A stretch of DNA of 64,000 nt, taken from assembly GCA_051532055.1 (NCBI GenBank), contig JAOPTX010000023.1, positions 32,001 through 96,000 on the forward strand, read 5' to 3'. This DNA comes from Fibrobacterales bacterium (GTDB lineage: Bacteria; Fibrobacterota; Fibrobacteria; Fibrobacterales; JAOPTW01). A program made the translations under genes and the position numbers. Within the stretch, counting starts at the first letter, position 1; every line of letters starts with the position of its first letter. This document shows positions 10,498 to 19,956 of this stretch, piece after piece. The notes below the pieces were generated by a model. It did not search any database and was not told the DNA's origin. It was given only the letters and a program-made list of their open reading frames with translations.

Positions 10498-11004
10498 CTA
10501 GCCTTTAAGGAGTTGACTCCAAAAGTAATCCCAGGCACGATCTTCTTCACCAATCTCAAAAAGTTCATCCAGATTAAAGTGAGCTGTTAAGAATTCATTT
10601 ATATCATCAATAGTTTGATGCATAAAAAAAGTGTGCCTCGACTGTATAAAGGCTAAATCACCAAAAGTTTCTTCAGGAAGATAATAAATTAATGCGTTAA
10701 AGTCAGTTAATGCTGACTCATCCTGCATAACCATACCCATATACCGTTTAAAAAACGCCTCACTGAAAGCTGCATTATCTTCTTGATGCTCACCCATAAG
10801 TTTTTGAAAAAGCGCACCCTTTGAGTCCGCCTCTTTTATCAGGTTCACAAAAAAAGGAAGGGCGTCATCATTTACTTCGTTGAGTATACGTAACAGATCA
10901 GCAGCAGATAATTTATTTATATCTTCAGCTGTTTTAAACTCATACTCACTTCTCATCATCGAGAGGTAGTTGAGAAGAAGGTCTTTAGACTCTTGATCGA
11001 GCAT
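10498..11004 (-). CDS. acidic hypothetical protein
   Basis: 168-aa ORF overlapping the murD stop, same operon orientation. Confidence 0.65.
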   Translation of the reverse strand: MLDQESKDLLLNYLSMMRSEYEFKTAEDINKLSAADLLRILNEVNDDALPFFVNLIKEADSKGALFQKLMGEHQEDNAAFSEAFFKRYMGMVMQDESALTDFNALIYYLPEETFGDLAFIQSRHTFFMHQTIDDINEFLTAHFNLDELFEIGEEDRAWDYFWSQLLKG

Positions 11005-12364
11005 AGGTATTTACAATCTCATTAAACGTATCGCCACGCTGAACATAGTTTTTGAACATTCCAAAACTTGCACATGCCGGTGACAGAAGAACTACGGGAG
11101 CACCTCTTTCACCTTCTATGTTGCGCTGTTTATAAATGTTACAATTTTCAATGCAATATTCTACAGCCTGCTCCAGAGATTCCAGTTTACTAATCTTTTT
11201 GTCAATATTGTAATCAAGAAAGCCCGATTCAATGCGGTCCGCTGCCTGCCCTATCAAGGCTATAGCGAATACAGATTTGGATTCCCTTACAACTTTAAAG
11301 AGTTCCGAAAAGTCAGCATTTTTCTCAGACCCCCCTAAAATAAGGGCCACAGGCTGCTTAAAATTAGATAGCGCACCTATTGTTGCATCAGGTCTTGTTG
11401 CATAGGAGTCATTATAGAAGCTTATATCACCTTCAATTGTCAATACTTTTTGTAGACGATACTTGAGTCCCTGAAACTTCACCAATGCCTGAGATGCCAC
11501 TTCAAAAGAGACCCCTAATGCCTCAGTAGCAATAAGAGCTGCTGCCATATTTTGAAGATTATGAATGCCACTGAGGGCGCAATCATCAATAGAAATAGTA
11601 CCGTTATTCAAAGTTACAGAACGCCCATTTATTTGAGCATTACCACCGCTCCCAAAACTCTTTTTTTGTGCAATAGAGTGGCCAGCAATCGCTATAGAAC
11701 ATTCACTTTCTCCATAGAATATACACAGGTCATCTTTATCTTGATAAGAAACGAGATGTGTCTTTGCATCTATATACTCCTGTTGATCACTATGCCAATC
11801 CAAGTGCTCACTGGTTGTTTTTAACACAACAGCAATTCGAGGGGAGCGACGAAGTGTCATAAGCTGAAATGATGAAAGCTCTAATAGTGCTATGGTATCT
11901 GAAGTAAACTTCTTAAGGAGATCAAGGACAGGAATACCTATATTCCCCCCCAATAAGACCTGTAAGCGCGCTTCTTTGCAGATTGCATCAATCATACTCA
12001 CACAGGTCCCCTTACCTAACGTACCCGTAACACCAATAATATTACGCCCCCACAACTCAAAGAAAAGCTCGACCTGACTTGTGAGCTCCCCACCAGTCTG
12101 TACATACGTAATAAGTTCTGGCTGAGTGGGGCTTATACCTGCTGAACGGAAGAGAACATCACACTGTGATAATTGTTCTAAATACCCTTCCCCAGTCACA
12201 CAGGTCACTTGAAAGTTAACGAGATCAACGGGGTTCTTATCAAAGATGATACAGTCATCTATACCATTTTCAGTTAAAAATGAGAGCGTACTTTTACCCT
12301 CAACTCCAAAACCCAATATGCCAACACGGCCCGTACAGATTTCTCTTATTCTTTCTTTATACAC
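10985..12364 (-). CDS. murD: UDP-N-acetylmuramoyl-L-alanine--D-glutamate ligase
   Basis: GVTGTLGKGT, GGNIG, ELSSFQL, HLDWH, NDSYAT, LLSPACASF. Confidence 0.93.
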   Translation of the reverse strand: MYKERIREICTGRVGILGFGVEGKSTLSFLTENGIDDCIIFDKNPVDLVNFQVTCVTGEGYLEQLSQCDVLFRSAGISPTQPELITYVQTGGELTSQVELFFELWGRNIIGVTGTLGKGTCVSMIDAICKEARLQVLLGGNIGIPVLDLLKKFTSDTIALLELSSFQLMTLRRSPRIAVVLKTTSEHLDWHSDQQEYIDAKTHLVSYQDKDDLCIFYGESECSIAIAGHSIAQKKSFGSGGNAQINGRSVTLNNGTISIDDCALSGIHNLQNMAAALIATEALGVSFEVASQALVKFQGLKYRLQKVLTIEGDISFYNDSYATRPDATIGALSNFKQPVALILGGSEKNADFSELFKVVRESKSVFAIALIGQAADRIESGFLDYNIDKKISKLESLEQAVEYCIENCNIYKQRNIEGERGAPVVLLSPACASFGMFKNYVQRGDTFNEIVNTYARSRV

Positions 12365-12372
12365 ACAACATC

Positions 12373-13629
12373 CTAGAAGTGGAGATACTGTTTCACTTTT
12401 AAAGACACCCCTTTAGGTACCACGGCAGCACTTCCCCACCGCTGAGACTGAAAGAGTTTATTGATGACACGAGTTAGAGCGTCAGGCTTGACTGCTAACA
12501 CCTTCTCTACCGTTTCATCAAGAGACTCACGAGGAAGGTCTTTAATAACCTGCCTTGCAAGACGCGTCATACGTGAAGTGGTCGACTCAACTTTTAAGAG
12601 AAGCGCGCCAGTTATCGACCTCTTTGCAAAGTCCAGCTCAATTTCTGTCACCCCTTCTGCAACAATAAGTGCGATCTCTCGTTCAACAACTTCAAGTGTT
12701 TTATGGGCACCTTTTTCATCTGAACTAAAGGCCACACTAAAACCATAGGAGTTATCATAACTGTCTACAGAAGTATAAATTGAATAAACAAGACCAAGTT
12801 CTTCTCTCACTTTTTGAAAAAGACGTGAAGCCATTCCATCACCAAAAATCACATTAAAAAGATAAAGCGCGAGCTTCTCTTCATCGTCTTTTAATTGTAT
12901 TTGAGTACCAAGTACAACATGGCACTGCTGTATATCACGGCGCCGCACAATATGCTTTACAGCTGACTCTTTCCAACTCCGCTTGGGCTTTACTGCTTTT
13001 TTCTGTTTATAGAGTCGTTCTGTAACGATTGCGAGAAGCCTATCATGATCAACTGCTCCAGCCGCAGCAACAACAATTCTTGAATGAGTATTAACTCTTT
13101 TTTGATGCCGTAGGAGTTCACTGCGCCCAATACCACGAACGCTTTTAAGCGTGCCCGCTATTGGCATTGCCAAGGGTTGCCCCCCCCAAACCGCTTCTGA
13201 AAAGAATTCATGAACCATCTCATCAGGAGTATCTTCAGAACTCCGAATTTCTTCTATGATTACCTGACGCTCTTTTTTAATTTCTTTCTCATCCATCTCA
13301 GAGCTATTAATCATGTCACATACAATTTCAGTGGCTCGATCAATATCGTGTTTTACCACTTTTGCATAAACACAGGTGTTCTCTTTGGATGTGTAAGCAT
13401 TAATATAGCCCCCACGAGACTCAATTTCTTGTACTATTTCAAGTGCACTTCGATGCTCATTTCCTTTAAATACCATATGCTCATAAAAATGAGATATTCC
13501 ATTTACCTCGGGTTTTTCATCCCGAGACCCTACATCAATCCAAACTCCAACTGCTGCGGAGTGGTACCCGGGGACTTGCTCGGTAATAACCGTTACCCCG
13601 TTATCTAACTGTGTTTCTCGTATATTCAT
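12373..13629 (-). CDS. M16 family (pitrilysin-like) zinc peptidase
   Basis: Inverted zinc motif HFYEH, NAYTS, SRLFQKVREELGLVY. Confidence 0.93.
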   Translation of the reverse strand: MNIRETQLDNGVTVITEQVPGYHSAAVGVWIDVGSRDEKPEVNGISHFYEHMVFKGNEHRSALEIVQEIESRGGYINAYTSKENTCVYAKVVKHDIDRATEIVCDMINSSEMDEKEIKKERQVIIEEIRSSEDTPDEMVHEFFSEAVWGGQPLAMPIAGTLKSVRGIGRSELLRHQKRVNTHSRIVVAAAGAVDHDRLLAIVTERLYKQKKAVKPKRSWKESAVKHIVRRRDIQQCHVVLGTQIQLKDDEEKLALYLFNVIFGDGMASRLFQKVREELGLVYSIYTSVDSYDNSYGFSVAFSSDEKGAHKTLEVVEREIALIVAEGVTEIELDFAKRSITGALLLKVESTTSRMTRLARQVIKDLPRESLDETVEKVLAVKPDALTRVINKLFQSQRWGSAAVVPKGVSLKVKQYLHF

Positions 13630-13817
13630 CTTACAAAAATAGTTAATGCCAGGTTAATTGACACATTTAAACGGTAATGACTATATAGCCTTATCTTTTT
13701 CCCTCCTACAACTTTGTATTTGACTACTCTTTTCTATATTTTTTCGATCTGTTTCATCGGCACAACCCCTTGAATTGTCGCCACTTGAAGATACATTCAA
13801 TCCTATTGCGAGTGAGT

Positions 13818-15305
13818 ATGCCCCTATCTAAACAATCACTAAAAAGCCTATTTATTTTAGGCATAATAAGCCTCTACTATAACCCTGTTTTTAGCCAAGT
13901 TATAGAGTTTCACAATGATGCACCTGACATGCAACTTACTCAAAATGAGAAAGAGGTCCCTGCACCAACACCCTTTGAAGTAGAAGAAGAACTGCCTTCA
14001 AATCAAAAATCTGGCACTTATAAAATCAACTCAACTACACGCGCACAAGATGCTACTAAAGCTTATGAATCATTAAATAAGGAACTAGGCATAGTGAATG
14101 AAGAAGAGAATGACGCCCCTGTCCCCTTATCTCCAAATAATTCAAGACCTCCTTCTCACAGTAATCGTAAAATCATTAGGCGCTCTGACCCCGACAAAAA
14201 CTACACTTACCGTACCATAGCAGTAACTGATACGCTCCTTGTTAGAAAAATCGCAAGTAAAGCCCTCTCCCCAGAATATGCTCTCAATGGTTACCTTGAA
14301 CTTTCCCTTTCTTTTGAAACCCCAAAACGTATTATTATTTTACAGAATGGTACTGAAATATGCCGGGTCAACGCCCAAGCAACGCAGGTCTTTTTAGAAC
14401 AAAATCCAACATTTTTTAGACGATCACCAGTAGATGTGATTACTGATGACTCAGGAAAAGAGCACACCCCAATCACTGAAATGTTTACCCTCGATCGCAT
14501 TATAGAGTTTGGATATTGGAAATCAGGTGTGAAACTTGAACTGACTTATGAACTTGAAAGACTCAATCATGACTTCTATTGGTACAACTCGTCTCTTGAA
14601 CTCTCATTTTTACATCGAAAGAAAAACATCTATTTTGGGGGAAGCTTTAAACTCCATGACTATGAAGGAGAAATGTTTGGCCCGGAGTATAGCTTTGCTT
14701 TCATGGACACCCTCAGAACACTCTATGGAAATAATTACAAAAAATATGGGTACAGCCTCAAAGTAGGAACGCACTTTATTCAATATGAGATCAAATATGA
14801 GCCCTACCCCATACCTGCCTATTACTGGTTAGAGGCTGAGCAAAATTTCCGGCAAACAGAATATAATCTCCATAGAATTAAACGTGACACCACAATGGAT
14901 ACTACTAATGTTGCCCTTAATAGCTTTGCTGACATCCATTCAGAGGACCTTTCAAGCAACTATTCTCATAACTTTAAAATGAAATTTGGCATATTTAACT
15001 ACCTCTTGGTTGTCGATGGAGACCTCTACCAACGACCAATACACACCTTCTCAATTAGAGACCTACCTGCTATTTGGGGACAATGGGGCTTCGGCATTAC
15101 AAATAGTAAATACCAATGGGTTCCTCATATCTATGTCGCATCAAATCCTTCAATGCTCACCTCATTTAGCGTAGCCAACTATGCCATTGACCTCTATTCA
15201 CCTCAATTCCAGGGGGCCATCATGTACCACAATTATGAGTACTATGTTTTACAAGCAAAACTAACCTTCTTTTTTAACTATGATGCAATAAGTGAGGTAG
15301 ACTAA
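13818..15305 (+). CDS. secreted/outer-membrane hypothetical protein
   Basis: Signal peptide from ATG 13818; aromatic-rich amphipathic C-terminal half; start uncertain (ORF track 13770). Confidence 0.65.
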   Translation: MPLSKQSLKSLFILGIISLYYNPVFSQVIEFHNDAPDMQLTQNEKEVPAPTPFEVEEELPSNQKSGTYKINSTTRAQDATKAYESLNKELGIVNEEENDAPVPLSPNNSRPPSHSNRKIIRRSDPDKNYTYRTIAVTDTLLVRKIASKALSPEYALNGYLELSLSFETPKRIIILQNGTEICRVNAQATQVFLEQNPTFFRRSPVDVITDDSGKEHTPITEMFTLDRIIEFGYWKSGVKLELTYELERLNHDFYWYNSSLELSFLHRKKNIYFGGSFKLHDYEGEMFGPEYSFAFMDTLRTLYGNNYKKYGYSLKVGTHFIQYEIKYEPYPIPAYYWLEAEQNFRQTEYNLHRIKRDTTMDTTNVALNSFADIHSEDLSSNYSHNFKMKFGIFNYLLVVDGDLYQRPIHTFSIRDLPAIWGQWGFGITNSKYQWVPHIYVASNPSMLTSFSVANYAIDLYSPQFQGAIMYHNYEYYVLQAKLTFFFNYDAISEVD

Positions 15306-17836
15306 TGAAGATTATTATTTGTGTACTTCTCATACTTCAGTCATTTGTCTTTTCTCAAAACGGTTTTGATAAAAGTGATGTTCTCAGCCATTTTGGCATT
15401 CTCCGTCTTAAAAGCAAAAAGACTGCTCAAGTCTTTGCAAGTAGATTGCGTGCAACAGGCGAACCGCTCTTTTTAATTCGAGACTTTAGAAAGGGAGTTC
15501 AGCAAAAAGACATCATTCGCTTTAAAGACAAAGTTATTCTCATTGATGCTAAAATTTGGGAGACAATGAAGACCGATAAAATTCTTCAACAACTCGCCAA
15601 AATCCCAGTACTCCACCTCCAGGCGAAATCCGAGTCTGGCGTATGGAAATCGAGAGGGGGATCCGTCACAAGTAAACAAGAACAAAAGGGGTATCGACTT
15701 GGTGGTGAGCTACTCAACATTTTAGAATCGTACTTTACCTACACCCCCAATGCACTTGAGATGGTGCTTCGTTTCGAAAATGATCAAATGACTTTACTCG
15801 CCCCCAAAGAACTCATGAAAGCAATTGACTTCACTAAGGTAATTGCACGAAACCCTGATGGGAAACCACAAATAATTTCTCTCCCTCCGAGCAAACGAAT
15901 TTTTAAAGATCAAAAAATTAAATGGCAAGTATGGGCCATTAACCCAGGCAATCCTCAAAGCGAACTAACATACTCATTCAAAGGTCCCCTACCAAAAGGG
16001 CTCACATGGAACAAGAAAAGTCATACACTCTCTGGCACTCCAACAGTGAGTGGAAAATACTCTGGTAAAGTTACCGTAAAAAACAGTGCAAAAAAGTCAG
16101 ACGTCCTTTCATTCACTCTCATCGTGCGGAAAAACCTCCCTCCTATTATCGCCAACACTCCAGCAGGAGAAGTTGCCAATAACCAACCATGGAGCTTCAC
16201 TCCCGTTCTTGCCGACCCTGACCACCCCGCTGAAGAGCTTTCTGTAGCAGTGCGCAATCTCCCTCAGGGAATGGTATTTAACAAAAAAAGTCGTACCTTT
16301 AGCTGGAGTAAAAAAAGTATTGATTCAATCCCCCATGAACGTGTTGAATTTGAGATGAAAGTGACCGACCCTTTGGGAGAAAAAGATATTCGACAATTTA
16401 AACTGAAAATCTTATCACCGAAAAGAGCCCTCGAAGCAAAAGGCGTAAGCCTAAACCTCCCATTAGACACACTGATGCAAGGGAGAAAATACTCATGGCC
16501 CGACTCTCTCTGGCTCGGTCAACGAATCACGATGCAATCGATTTCTGGATCTGACACCACTCATTACTCTATTGACAACAGTTCTGGAGAAGGCAAGCTC
16601 TATATTGAACCTCGCAACCCCGGACTGTGTACCCTCAAAACAAAATTCACTATCGATGGCTCTTCATTTGAAACAACAAAATTATTAGTGGTCCTTAAAA
16701 ATAATCCTCCTCAATTCTTAAGCTCCCTTTCTGCCCGCGTGTTTACCCAAGACCAAGTAGTCTCGTATCAACCCGCTGTGACCGACCAAGAAAACGACCC
16801 CATAGTAAGAATGGAAGCACTAGATGGGACTGGTACTCCACTCCTATGGAACGGCACCTATATCCCCCTCAACACAGAAAAGATAGGGCGCCATGTCTAT
16901 GAATTTTCAGCAGAGGATGCAGGCGGCCAAACGGGGAGGCAACGAATTTCATATGAAGTTATTCCAAAAGACCGCAAGTGGGATGGCGTTGATGTTAGCT
17001 CAAAATATCTTGCTAATAGAATACCACTCCATGTAGCCTATCGCAATGGGTCGAGTCGTTTTGGCCTCTACGTTCCAGACATTGCCGCACTCGATGTTAA
17101 AAAGCTCTATAATAAATCCGCCCCCTTTGTTACTGCAGAAGCAAACCTGCTCGGAGAACAAAACGCTGCTCAAGGGACTTTTCTAAATATTGGTGCCGGC
17201 ATTACTTTTCGATACCTAAAACCGGGCCTCATTACTGGAGGCCTCATGATTCATACATCGGGTAAGTACACCAATAGAGATGGTGCCCCATGGGTTTTTG
17301 AATACAACCTTCAATTTTTCGCGAAACATGCCTATGTCTTAACTGATACTGCTGGCTTCGGCGAAGTAGATTCTGTCCAAACAATAATTGCACAATATGC
17401 TCAATGTAATGAGAGCTACAAGGAAGACCTCGATGAGCTCGACAATGACAATGCCGCAAGAGGTCGAGTGCTGGAGTGTATTGATTCCGTAAACACACTG
17501 ACTGATGAAATTAACACTACAAATATTATCCCTGAAAATCTTGATATGTCAATCAATGAATTTAAAGATGAAACCAATATGAATCTCCTACTACAAATAG
17601 AGACGTGGTTCCCTATAAAATATGGGTTCTGGTTTGGTCCAACATTTTGGAAAGATGCTATAATTTTTAATGGCGCACTTTCTGAAACACGATACGGGCT
17701 TGGAGTGAGACACTCCAAGACATTTGATTTAGGTCCTTTTGATTTAGAGTATATCGCATCTGTGAGAGCCGGCTGGTCGGGTGATGGAGAGCCCGTTATC
17801 ATCTTTGGTGATATTCAACTGCATTTCGGCCGCTAG
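15305..17836 (+). CDS. surface protein with putative Ig/cadherin-like repeats and probable C-terminal beta-barrel
   Basis: LPKGLTW...LSGTPT, LPQGMVF, NxPP linkers, DPD/DQEND Ca-binding-like motifs; C-terminal strands ending FGDIQLHFGR; TAATG coupling to the upstream gene. Confidence 0.75.
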   Translation: MKIIICVLLILQSFVFSQNGFDKSDVLSHFGILRLKSKKTAQVFASRLRATGEPLFLIRDFRKGVQQKDIIRFKDKVILIDAKIWETMKTDKILQQLAKIPVLHLQAKSESGVWKSRGGSVTSKQEQKGYRLGGELLNILESYFTYTPNALEMVLRFENDQMTLLAPKELMKAIDFTKVIARNPDGKPQIISLPPSKRIFKDQKIKWQVWAINPGNPQSELTYSFKGPLPKGLTWNKKSHTLSGTPTVSGKYSGKVTVKNSAKKSDVLSFTLIVRKNLPPIIANTPAGEVANNQPWSFTPVLADPDHPAEELSVAVRNLPQGMVFNKKSRTFSWSKKSIDSIPHERVEFEMKVTDPLGEKDIRQFKLKILSPKRALEAKGVSLNLPLDTLMQGRKYSWPDSLWLGQRITMQSISGSDTTHYSIDNSSGEGKLYIEPRNPGLCTLKTKFTIDGSSFETTKLLVVLKNNPPQFLSSLSARVFTQDQVVSYQPAVTDQENDPIVRMEALDGTGTPLLWNGTYIPLNTEKIGRHVYEFSAEDAGGQTGRQRISYEVIPKDRKWDGVDVSSKYLANRIPLHVAYRNGSSRFGLYVPDIAALDVKKLYNKSAPFVTAEANLLGEQNAAQGTFLNIGAGITFRYLKPGLITGGLMIHTSGKYTNRDGAPWVFEYNLQFFAKHAYVLTDTAGFGEVDSVQTIIAQYAQCNESYKEDLDELDNDNAARGRVLECIDSVNTLTDEINTTNIIPENLDMSINEFKDETNMNLLLQIETWFPIKYGFWFGPTFWKDAIIFNGALSETRYGLGVRHSKTFDLGPFDLEYIASVRAGWSGDGEPVIIFGDIQLHFGR

Positions 17837-17843
17837 AATAGTA

Positions 17844-18041
17844 TTAGCAACAGGTCCCTTTTTGCCCAATAGCACAAGGGACCGTCCCATAAGAGCAATA
17901 GATACAGCAACAGTTTTTAGGAGTATGAACCCACTTATTACAAGTGTCACAAATAAACTCCAAAAGCTCAGCTTTATCATTAAAGCTAAATTCCCTTTGG
18001 GCCCCACAATGAGGGCAACTTACTAAAGAGTGGGATTTCAT
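17844..18041 (-). CDS. GDCCVxC-domain-like Cys-rich small metal-binding protein
   Basis: CPHCG...CDTC...NCCCIYCSYGTVPC...CC pattern; 11 Cys in 65 aa. Confidence 0.75.
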   Translation of the reverse strand: MKSHSLVSCPHCGAQREFSFNDKAELLEFICDTCNKWVHTPKNCCCIYCSYGTVPCAIGQKGTCC

Positions 18042-18175
18042 ATACACACCAATACTTATTCATATATATCATTTCATTTTTATTGAAGAAATACAAGCTA
18101 AAAAGCTGAGAAACAATGGTAGAACCCATAATACATGAGCATCATGCTAAGAAAGTTATTCAAAATATCTACCGG

Positions 18176-19798
18176 CTATTTTTGAATAATATCACTTATC
18201 GTAATACCAAATCCTGCATCAGCAATCATCGGACTCATTGAACGATTAATGTGTGTTGGAAAAGGAAATTCACTGTCATAGGTCACTGAAAAACCATAAG
18301 GCTTATCCTTAATTCCACTATCAACCTCTGAAAACAATTCCATTATACTAAAGTCTGAGTAGCGTTCTTTACCTATTGTTATTGCTATTTTTTGTACGCC
18401 ACTATACTCAACACTCGTTACCTCATTAGACTCGAGGGTCACAATAAATGGCCCAGTATCTTCAACTAAGCAATAACATGAGCGGTAAAATGTATATGTT
18501 GCACTTCCGCCAGTATCATAAACCCACTCTTTGTAAGCCATTTCAACAGAATCCAATATGGGCCTCGGGTCATCACCAATGTCCATGCTATCTATAGAAA
18601 AATTAAGGCCCCCATCTACTTCCGTAGGCCCGATATTGACTTTCATAGGGTATCCATACTCTGTATGATACTCTATCCCTTTATATTCACTATTCTCTTC
18701 TATATATCCATCAGATTCGAATCGTTCAAGCTCATTTTCAACTTCTTGAAACAGGTCATTTACACTGAGCTGAAGATAATCAACATCTGCTAACCCGTCA
18801 AAAGACATAAAAGCTCCACCATCTGAAAAATACTCACCCTCATTCACTGTATTAAATATTCTATGGACAGTATTACCCGCTGCACTTACATCAAAAGGCC
18901 CCGTTGACTCCGGCATACAATTACACCCTTTAAAAACAGAATAAGTAATCCTACTCGCAGTTTCTCCTACAAATCTATTCCACAATTCACGATTCTGTTC
19001 TAACTCTAATAGAGCGGATGACCGTTTTTCTACACACGACCCAATACCCCCACAATCACCATCACATTCCCAGGTATTTGACTCAATTGAATAAGAGCAA
19101 CCAGAAGAAGTGCAGTGCTCTTCACATGATTCTGGGCATGAACCGTAATTAAACGATCGACACTGGTCATCGCGACTACTCAACCGAAAATCCTCTTCAA
19201 TAGGAAATGTAATGGGTTCTTCTAGCAGGAGGCACCAATTTGCACAGGGGTCATCAGTCGAAATATCTACTGGAATTACATAGCTTCGACGCCCATTGTC
19301 ATCCCAAAAGGCAATCTCGACTCCCTTAATTTGGCCTTCATTTTTTTCAGGAATTATCAGTTCATGACTCTTATCCTCCGTTTCTGTCAAATCAAATTCT
19401 TGTCCAGCAAGTTCATCGTTCGATTCATCAGTCATATACCTGATATCAACGTTACCGGTAAAATCGTATTGAGTAATAGAATTACCCTTAATGAGGAGCG
19501 CGGTATCACCACTTTCATACTCAAAAACTACCGTGCCAATTGTTAGAATACACCCAATAATTTCATCACACTGTTCATTTGAGGAATCATCAAGCTCTTC
19601 TGATGATTCTACTGTAATAATACTGCTTGAACTCTCGACTAACACATCTGTAGTAGTACTACTACTGTTACTACTCGCAACCGTCACTGAACTACTGGAA
19701 GATTGTTCATCAATATCTTCGCTATCTACAGAAAAACAACCAGCACAAACCACAATACTATAGACCAACAACAAACATAAAAAAGGTACTTTCTTCAT
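18176..19798 (-). CDS. lipoprotein with Ser-rich linker, Cys-rich segment and two DUF6174-like repeats
   Basis: Lipobox-like CAGC; repeats GCNC..STGPF.V...GYP and SCYC..DTGPF.V...FP; GAGGAG RBS. Confidence 0.7.
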   Translation of the reverse strand: MKKVPFLCLLLVYSIVVCAGCFSVDSEDIDEQSSSSSVTVASSNSSSTTTDVLVESSSSIITVESSEELDDSSNEQCDEIIGCILTIGTVVFEYESGDTALLIKGNSITQYDFTGNVDIRYMTDESNDELAGQEFDLTETEDKSHELIIPEKNEGQIKGVEIAFWDDNGRRSYVIPVDISTDDPCANWCLLLEEPITFPIEEDFRLSSRDDQCRSFNYGSCPESCEEHCTSSGCSYSIESNTWECDGDCGGIGSCVEKRSSALLELEQNRELWNRFVGETASRITYSVFKGCNCMPESTGPFDVSAAGNTVHRIFNTVNEGEYFSDGGAFMSFDGLADVDYLQLSVNDLFQEVENELERFESDGYIEENSEYKGIEYHTEYGYPMKVNIGPTEVDGGLNFSIDSMDIGDDPRPILDSVEMAYKEWVYDTGGSATYTFYRSCYCLVEDTGPFIVTLESNEVTSVEYSGVQKIAITIGKERYSDFSIMELFSEVDSGIKDKPYGFSVTYDSEFPFPTHINRSMSPMIADAGFGITISDIIQK

Positions 19799-19900
19799 CT
19801 CTATCTCCTCATACCCTTAAAAACTACCTTCTTAGAAGGAGGTAGTTATGATAATTTTATCTATCTGTCGGATAAGTGCTCACATTCAGTGAGCACTTAC

Positions 19901-19935
19901 AAAAAATAGCAACCATTGTCAGGTTGCTATTTTTT
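19901..19935. terminator. bidirectional intrinsic terminator after actP
   Basis: AAAAAATAGCAACC-N7-GGTTGCTATTTTTT perfect inverted repeat with A/T tracts. Confidence 0.85.
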
Positions 19936-19956
19936 AAAGAAAAAGGCTCTTTTACT

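Noticed and set aside
17844..18071. Selenocysteine readthrough in the GDCCVxC-like gene
   Set aside because: Stop is TAA; the in-frame TGAs upstream (18060-18062, 18069-18071) lie in non-coding-looking AT-rich sequence before the domain start
19620..19700. ACT/AGT-rich low-complexity tract
   Set aside because: Explained by the Ser/Thr-rich linker of the lipoprotein, not an independent repeat
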